Of a DNA stretch of 61,603 nucleotides, positions 55,677 through 61,603 are shown piece by piece (position 1 is the stretch's first letter; each line of letters begins with the position of its first letter). Where the stretch lies: positions 1 through 61,603 of the forward strand of contig JAIFNL010000144.1 of assembly GCA_020047755.1 (NCBI GenBank), in the 5' to 3' direction. The stretch is from Bacteroidota bacterium (GTDB lineage Bacteria; Bacteroidota; Bacteroidia; Bacteroidales; JAIFNL01). Made by a program: the position numbers and the translations under genes. The notes under the pieces are model-generated. The model was given only the letters and a program-made list of their open reading frames with translations, was not told where the DNA came from and did not search any database.

Positions 55677-56975
55677 ATGCGCTACTCAAAAATAGAAACA
55701 ACTTTCTTTTTGCAAAACAGAAGTCAATTAAAAGAAAAGTTAAAAGAAAATTCAATTGCCATTATAAACTCAAACGACGAGATGCCAAGAAATGGCGACC
55801 AAACTTTCCCTTACAGGCAAAGTTCTGATTTCTTTTACTTTACAGGCATTGAGCAAGAACAAAGTATATTAGTTTTGTGCCCAAATCACCCAGATGCTGA
55901 ATTACAAGAAGTTTTATTCATCGAACGCCCCGAAAAAACAAAAGAACGCTGGTATGGCTACCGATTGAGTAAAAAAGAAGCCCAAGAAATTTCGGGCATT
56001 TCAATGATTAAATATTTAGATGAATTTAGCAACATTAGCCGAAATTTAATACTCAATTCAGAAAATATCTACTTGAATATCAATGAATTTTCAAAATATT
56101 CAACCGATATAGAAAGCCGCGATTTTCGTTTTTTAAATACTCTCAAAAAAAATTATCCACTCCATAAATTCAAACGATTAGCTCCACACATTACCAATTT
56201 GCGCTTGATAAAAAAACCGGTAGAAATAGAGTTAATGCAAAAAGCCATCGACATTACCAATAGCGCATTCAAACGAGTGCTAACATTCACAAAACCAGAC
56301 GTATTGGAGTATGAAATTGAAGCAGAATTGACTCACGAATTTATACGAAACGGCGCAAATGGGCACGCCTACGCCCCCATAGTAGCCTCAGGTGCAAACG
56401 GTTTAGTGCTTCACTATGTGAAAAACAATAAAAAATGCCTAAATGGCGAATTGGTTTTAATGGATTTTGGAGCTGAATATGCCAATTATTCCGCCGATTG
56501 CACAAGAACTTTTCCAGCAAATGGTAAATTCACTCCACGCCAAAAAGAGGTGTACGAAGCCGTTTTGAGAGTACTCAAAAAAGCTAAAAAATTATTAGTT
56601 CCAGGTACAATTATAGAGCAATACAATAAAAAAATAAAAGAATTTATGGCTCAAGAATGTGTTCAACTCGGACTTTTTTCGCAAGAAGAACTAGACCATC
56701 AAAATCCAGACAAGCCTCTGGTAATGAAATACTTTATGCACGGAACATCGCATTTTATGGGCTTAGATGTGCACGACGTAGGTTCATATTACAACCCCCT
56801 AGAAAAAGGAATGGTTTTGAGCTGCGAACCTGCTCTTTACATCGACGATGAAAATATTGCCATTAGGCTCGAAAACGATATTTTGGTAGATGATATTCCT
56901 ATTGATTTGATGGAAAATATTCCAATAGAAATAGAAGACATAGAACGAATTATGAACGAAAATAAAAAAAATTGA
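55677..56975 (+). CDS. pepP: Xaa-Pro aminopeptidase (M24B, aminopeptidase P family)
   Basis: N-terminal AMP_N-like domain (FPYRQSSDFFYFTG). The pita-bread metal ligand contexts are MDFGAEY, YSADCTRTF, HGTSHFMGLDVHD, VLSCEPALY and RLENDILV. Confidence 0.85.
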   Translation: MRYSKIETTFFLQNRSQLKEKLKENSIAIINSNDEMPRNGDQTFPYRQSSDFFYFTGIEQEQSILVLCPNHPDAELQEVLFIERPEKTKERWYGYRLSKKEAQEISGISMIKYLDEFSNISRNLILNSENIYLNINEFSKYSTDIESRDFRFLNTLKKNYPLHKFKRLAPHITNLRLIKKPVEIELMQKAIDITNSAFKRVLTFTKPDVLEYEIEAELTHEFIRNGANGHAYAPIVASGANGLVLHYVKNNKKCLNGELVLMDFGAEYANYSADCTRTFPANGKFTPRQKEVYEAVLRVLKKAKKLLVPGTIIEQYNKKIKEFMAQECVQLGLFSQEELDHQNPDKPLVMKYFMHGTSHFMGLDVHDVGSYYNPLEKGMVLSCEPALYIDDENIAIRLENDILVDDIPIDLMENIPIEIEDIERIMNENKKN

Positions 56976-57112
56976 TACAAAATAAATTTATTAAAAAGAA
57001 TTTTATTGACTAAATTCATTTTTTTTTGTAAATTGCATTTAAATTACAAAAAGAAGAAAATATTATTTGAATATAATTAATTGTTTATAAACATATAAAT
57101 AAACATTTAGCT

Positions 57113-58501
57113 GTGAATAAAAAAAACGAACAAAAAATACTCGAAGAATTACGAAAACGAGTAATTGAAAAAGATAGAGAACTTCAAGAAAAAACTGAAA
57201 GTTCTAATCTAATCGACTCAAACAAAGAGGCTTTGGTTGAATTGACCAATCTATCGCGTAAAGATGTAGATGCAATAGAAAAGCAAATTAGAGCCGAAAT
57301 GCAAGCAAAAGCAGCAAAAACAAATAAACGAAGAACTTGGATTATTGTAATTGCTGTAGTTGTTGGATTTATAGTGTTTAGAATTATAATGAACAAAATA
57401 AACCAAGAGCCGCCTATTCCTCCGATGCACTTTGTCGAAAAATTTGATAATAACAACCACCACTGGGATATTTTCAACGACTTTGAAAACAAACGAAACA
57501 TCGAAAATGGTAGCTACACTTTTTTTGCCAACAAAGCCGACTGGTGTTTCTGGGACGATATAGAATTGAGCTTCCCCCAACAATACAGCATAAAATTAGT
57601 ATCAAAATGGAATAGAGGAGCTTACGATGAATATGGACTAATGTTAATGCAAAATACCGAAAATTATTATACCTTTGTACTTAGAGCCGATGGCAATACA
57701 GCACAAGCTATTTACCAAGCAGCCGGCTGGATTAAAAATAATGAATGGAAAAGTGTTGGTTTTTCGCAAAAAAACGAGGTAGTGCAAGAACTAAAAGTAA
57801 ATAATACTCATTTTCAACATTTTGTAAACGGAACTTTAACACACGAAGGTGTTTTTCAAATCGCTCCTTTCAACTCATTTGCTTTGAGAATTTGCGACAA
57901 GCAAAGTGTTAGTTTTAACAGTATTGAAGTAAAAAATACACAAAACGGAAATATTTTATTTTCAGATAATTTCGACCAAAAATCGCCAACAACACAATGG
58001 GAAGAAAAAAATAAAGCGATAAAAGAAAGTAAGCTGGAAAATGGAAAATATATTCTCACAACCAACGATGCCGAGCAATGTTATTGGGCAGTTACAACGC
58101 CCAAAATTGAATTGCCACCAGCAAACGTAAGTAAATACACTATTAAAGTGAAAATGAACTGGATAACGGGCGAAGATGCCAATTTTGGCATCATGCTCAT
58201 GTCCGACGATTTGAATTATACCGCGTTTCAAACACGCAGTACGGGCGATTCGCGCGCAGTACGCTCTGAAAATGGCGAATACGTTTTGACTCCTGAATTT
58301 CTTCCAACTGGAATTATGAGCGACGAAAAAACACCTATCACCATGCTAATCAAGGTTGATTCAAATAATTACGAATATTTTATAAACGACAAACTGATAA
58401 ATTCTGGCGATTTTAATTATATGAACATAACTTACATTGGATTAAGAGTTTGTGGTCGCCAAACCATTGCTTTTGACGAAATTGAACTTATTCAAGAATA
58501 G
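57113..58501 (+). CDS. Membrane-anchored protein with two tandem jelly-roll-like domains
   Basis: GTG start, a charged N-terminus and the TM WIIVIAVVVGFIVFRIIM. Two ~170-aa units then share the pattern W...ENG.Y......A....W......P..YSIK/YTIKV...W..G....YG/FGLML/IML...NYYTF/NYTAF ...F.N......G......F/I.LR.C..Q...F..IE. Confidence 0.55.
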   Translation: MNKKNEQKILEELRKRVIEKDRELQEKTESSNLIDSNKEALVELTNLSRKDVDAIEKQIRAEMQAKAAKTNKRRTWIIVIAVVVGFIVFRIIMNKINQEPPIPPMHFVEKFDNNNHHWDIFNDFENKRNIENGSYTFFANKADWCFWDDIELSFPQQYSIKLVSKWNRGAYDEYGLMLMQNTENYYTFVLRADGNTAQAIYQAAGWIKNNEWKSVGFSQKNEVVQELKVNNTHFQHFVNGTLTHEGVFQIAPFNSFALRICDKQSVSFNSIEVKNTQNGNILFSDNFDQKSPTTQWEEKNKAIKESKLENGKYILTTNDAEQCYWAVTTPKIELPPANVSKYTIKVKMNWITGEDANFGIMLMSDDLNYTAFQTRSTGDSRAVRSENGEYVLTPEFLPTGIMSDEKTPITMLIKVDSNNYEYFINDKLINSGDFNYMNITYIGLRVCGRQTIAFDEIELIQE

Positions 58502-58520
58502 ATTTTGGCAAAAGGAAACA

Positions 58521-58559
58521 AAAAACTTCCCAAAAAATTAATTCTTTTGGGAAGTTTTT
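58521..58559. terminator. Bidirectional intrinsic terminator between convergent genes
   Basis: Perfect 15-bp stem aaaaacttcccaaaa / ttttgggaagttttt with a 9-nt loop. Confidence 0.7.
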
Positions 58560-58580
58560 TTATAAAGTTTTTTGGTTTTT

Positions 58581-59915
58581 TTAATAATTCAAATGAATAT
58601 GCCACAAAATGCGCGTCATCATCTCTTTCACACCCGAAGCACTTCCCAAATAATGATTGTTCATAAAACTGAAAATCAAAACTTTACCATTTTTTGTAAT
58701 TAAAAAACCACTCAAACTGTGGTTGTTTGAAAGAGTACCAGTTTTAGCGATTATATAAGGTTTGTCAGCTTTGTAGTAATTTTTGATGGTGCCAGAAACT
58801 CCACCCACTGGCATTAAATTATAGAGTTGCTCAATGGTGCGTTTTTTGGAAATCTTTTCGAGTAAAAACACAAAATCACGAGGCGAAAACAAATTATAGC
58901 GCGACAAACCCGAACCATCTACCCAGCGCAATTTATCGGGTAAATCAGCTAAGTATTTTTGAGTTGTATAGCGAATGGCAAAATCAGTATTTAAACTATC
59001 ATTCATTGTAAATGAACACATTAAAAGCACTTGCTCAGCCATAAAGTTATCACTAACATAAAGCATTTGTTTATAGAGCGAATCTACCGGAATACTTTTT
59101 AAAACATGTGCTTTTTTAAGTTTTTCTAAACGTTCAGTAGTTGTTTTTGAATAAAAAACAGCTTTATTTAATGTATCGCTAAGCAATTTCAGCATCAAGT
59201 CAGTAGATGTTTTAAACGGAACATCTTGCTCAAACTTCTTGTAAGGTAGCGGAAAATATTGAAATTTGTTTTCGGCAACAGCCCTTTCTACTTTTGTATA
59301 TTTTCGTTGAACTTGCTTATTTTCAATAAAATATGGTTTAAAATACCTTGGTAAAAAAGAATAATTACCTTTGTCATCGCCCTCGAAGCGCAAAATATTT
59401 CCATAAATAGGAAAATTTGTTCTTTCGGGTTGAAAATACTCGTTGTAATCATCGTAAGCCCAGCCTACTCCATAAGCTTCACTTGTATAAGCACCTTCTA
59501 GGTAACAAAGTTTTTCGGTTCTTTTTGCCAAAAAATCATACACAGGATTGTATGTATGAATGTCGAAATTTAAAAACGAAGGGTCACCTGAACCTGTAAA
59601 AAATAATGTGTCATTTTCAACATAATATTTTAAAGCAGGCAAACTGTCGCCTAAAATTTCCAAGCCTGCATAAAAAGAAACTAATTTTGTATTAGAAGCA
59701 GGAATAAAATAGCGATTTGAATTATATTCGGCTATCATCTTTTTTTCTTGCAAATCGTAAAGCGCAAAGCCAGTAAAAGAATTGGTTTGCTCTGGCGATT
59801 TCTCTATCATTTTTGCAATATTTTTCGAATTTATTTTTTGCGCATTTGCACTGAATACAACAAAACTAAAAAATATAAAAAATAATAGTTTACTATATTT
59901 TTCTAAAAATTTCAT
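58581..59915 (-). CDS. dacB: D-alanyl-D-alanine carboxypeptidase/endopeptidase (PBP4, S13 family)
   Basis: Signal peptide, IPASNTKL (SxxK), a YVSDN-type SxN region and AKTGTL (KTG). Confidence 0.8.
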   Translation of the reverse strand: MKFLEKYSKLLFFIFFSFVVFSANAQKINSKNIAKMIEKSPEQTNSFTGFALYDLQEKKMIAEYNSNRYFIPASNTKLVSFYAGLEILGDSLPALKYYVENDTLFFTGSGDPSFLNFDIHTYNPVYDFLAKRTEKLCYLEGAYTSEAYGVGWAYDDYNEYFQPERTNFPIYGNILRFEGDDKGNYSFLPRYFKPYFIENKQVQRKYTKVERAVAENKFQYFPLPYKKFEQDVPFKTSTDLMLKLLSDTLNKAVFYSKTTTERLEKLKKAHVLKSIPVDSLYKQMLYVSDNFMAEQVLLMCSFTMNDSLNTDFAIRYTTQKYLADLPDKLRWVDGSGLSRYNLFSPRDFVFLLEKISKKRTIEQLYNLMPVGGVSGTIKNYYKADKPYIIAKTGTLSNNHSLSGFLITKNGKVLIFSFMNNHYLGSASGVKEMMTRILWHIHLNY

Positions 59916-59966
59916 CGTTATAAATATTAAATTAGATATAGTCTAAAAATAAAAGAACGGAAATAT

Positions 59967-60557
59967 TTACAACGGTCTTTGATCAACTACCTGAACATAA
60001 ACTTGCTTTTTGCGCGCAACAAACCCAAAAACACTACCAATTAAACCGCCAATAATATGAGCAAATTGTGAAATTTGGTCTGCCTGAAAACTTTTTACAA
60101 TTTCAGTGCCCAAATACAAAGCGATAACTAATAAAAAAGTAAGCGGAATTCCACCTTTTTCTGTTTTTGTAAAAGACGATAAAATAATGAGCATAAACAC
60201 TATACCACTTGCTCCCATCAATCCATAGCTAAACATAGAAATTTGGAACAATGCTGTTATTAAAGCAGTTACAAGCATCATAAAAAATAAACTCCTACTT
60301 CCGTATTTTTCTTCAATTATAGGACCCAAAATAAGAAAAAGCGACATGTTGCCCAATAAATGAGCAGTATCGGCATGACCTAATGTGTAAGTAAATAAAG
60401 CCACATAATTACTAATTGACTGATTATCAAAAGTCGGCTGCAAAATCAAAATAGGATCAAGTGCATTTGCCAACAAACTGTTTAAGAAATAAAGTCCTAC
60501 CGACAAAATAGAAAAAGTTAAGACTACGGGAGAATTGTACGTTATTTTCATTCTCAT
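59967..60557 (-). CDS. Rhomboid-family intramembrane serine protease
   Basis: 6 TM helices, HADTAHLLGNM, catalytic GASG (LMGASGIVF) and a downstream AHIIGGLIG His. Confidence 0.85.
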   Translation of the reverse strand: MRMKITYNSPVVLTFSILSVGLYFLNSLLANALDPILILQPTFDNQSISNYVALFTYTLGHADTAHLLGNMSLFLILGPIIEEKYGSRSLFFMMLVTALITALFQISMFSYGLMGASGIVFMLIILSSFTKTEKGGIPLTFLLVIALYLGTEIVKSFQADQISQFAHIIGGLIGSVFGFVARKKQVYVQVVDQRPL

Positions 60558-60647
60558 AAATTTAAGATTTTTAAATATTTATTATAAATTGAATATTATA
60601 CACTAAAAAAATAAAACTTTTAATATAATTAAAAGCCATAAAATATT

Positions 60648-61603
60648 TTATTTCATTAATTCAGAAAGAAGACTAAAATATTTTTGTGTTTCAAGTGTGT
60701 CAGAAAAATTTTCTTCAATGTGTTTTTTCATTTTGTTACCCATTTCTTGCAAAATATTTTCTTCTGTATTTACAAAATCAAACAACGCATGTGCACAAGC
60801 ATTTAAATTTCCTACTTCAAACAAAAAACCATGTTCTCCTGCGCTCAAAACATCGCTAATTCCATGAATATCAGCAGCTATAAACGGAATTGCAAGTCCA
60901 CCAGCTTCGAGCAAAACATTAGGCATCCCATCGTAAAAAGAAGGAAGCGCAACTGCATGACAAACAGGATAGTACGATAAGAGTTCATATTTATCCATAA
61001 AATCATACTGCGAGTATGAAATTTGTGAAATAGCAAGTAATTCTTGGGTTTCAGTAGGCAAATCGCCAACGATAAGCAAATGAATTTTGCTCGAAATCAT
61101 TGATAAACATAAGGCTTCAATAAAAAAATCAATTCCTTTTTTTTGTTTTAAATGACCAAACAAACCAATTATTCTTGCCTGTTTTTGTACATTTTTTTCT
61201 TTCCATTTTTTTGCATTTTTCAAATCGCTTTTGCTTAATTTCCAATCAGATAAATTAATTCCATTTGCAATAAATTCAGTTCTAATTGACGGAATAAGCT
61301 CGGATTTTTCTAATGCGTAAAAAAGAATATCTCTACGTTTGGGCGTAAACAAAGCACTATCAAAATCATTGCCTCTAATCATAGTTATTAACCTTATACC
61401 TAACCATTTAGAAAAAACAGGTGCACTAAAAATAGGCAAATAACCTCCAAAAGCTAATATAAAATCATATATGCTCTTTTTCGCAAGTAAAAAATTAGAT
61501 AATAAGTTGAGCGAATGAGAAATATCTTCGTCTATTGAACATGCGGTATAGCTTCCATTCTGTTGAATTTCAGTAACAAAAGCTTTGCCCCTATTTGTAA
61601 AAT
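60648..61603 (-). CDS. GT4-family glycosyltransferase, 5' end cut by the window edge
   Basis: The C-terminal GT-B half shows the E-x7-E region (PSFYDGMPNVLLEAGGLAIPFIA). My hand translation shows the frame stays open from 61439 to 61603. The ORF-track M at 61439 is therefore a TTG artefact. Confidence 0.8.
   Translation of the reverse strand, partial: FTNRGKAFVTEIQQNGSYTACSIDEDISHSLNLLSNFLLAKKSIYDFILAFGGYLPIFSAPVFSKWLGIRLITMIRGNDFDSALFTPKRRDILFYALEKSELIPSIRTEFIANGINLSDWKLSKSDLKNAKKWKEKNVQKQARIIGLFGHLKQKKGIDFFIEALCLSMISSKIHLLIVGDLPTETQELLAISQISYSQYDFMDKYELLSYYPVCHAVALPSFYDGMPNVLLEAGGLAIPFIAADIHGISDVLSAGEHGFLFEVGNLNACAHALFDFVNTEENILQEMGNKMKKHIEENFSDTLETQKYFSLLSELMK

Noticed and set aside
60648-61439. 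Complete 263-aa glycosyltransferase starting at 61439
   Set aside because: The annotated M is a TTG, and my hand translation shows the frame stays open to the window end (…GGYLPIFSAP…). The N-terminal GT-B half would otherwise be missing, so I treat it as a 5'-truncated partial CDS.

Overview
This is an AT-rich chromosomal segment (about one-third GC by eye) that looks like Bacteroidota. The signs are a fused SecDF, no Shine-Dalgarno-like leaders, signal peptides ending in AQ/SQ or lipoboxes, and TAnnTTTG-like -7 boxes. All domain calls below come from reading motifs in the supplied translations. No HMM or BLAST search was run.

The right half (about 31.5-61.6 kb) is ordinary core genome. It holds a NarL-type two-component pair, a porin plus pstSCAB, murB, uvrA, smpB, an SDR, a TPR/HATPase sensor, an M14 peptidase, secDF, pepP, PBP4, a rhomboid and a GT4 gene cut by the window edge.

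The left half is accessory-like and holds the two stretches worth a second look.

(1) 0-11 kb is a patch of conflict-type domains with no recombinase. It contains an exported FGE/SUMF1-domain protein, a PIN toxin-antitoxin cassette bracketed by a 60-bp direct repeat, an exported caspase-like C14 peptidase, a truncated DUF1016 nuclease gene, and a 1596-aa protein built as (TIR + helical linker) x3, one TM helix, 14 WD40 blades and a TPR-like tail.

(2) 14.1-31.3 kb is a tightly packed, 12-gene, single-strand array. It encodes six FHA domains on four proteins, including a triple-FHA ABC exporter. It also encodes a membrane-anchored PP2C phosphatase, three paralogous Hanks kinases, a vWA-like/TM/coiled-coil/FHA protein, and five exported or lipoprotein ORFs ending in a probable outer-membrane barrel.

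I read (2) as an uncharacterised envelope-spanning phospho-Thr signalling system, and it is my best candidate for a novel system. No rRNA, tRNA, CRISPR array, transposase or integrase was seen.
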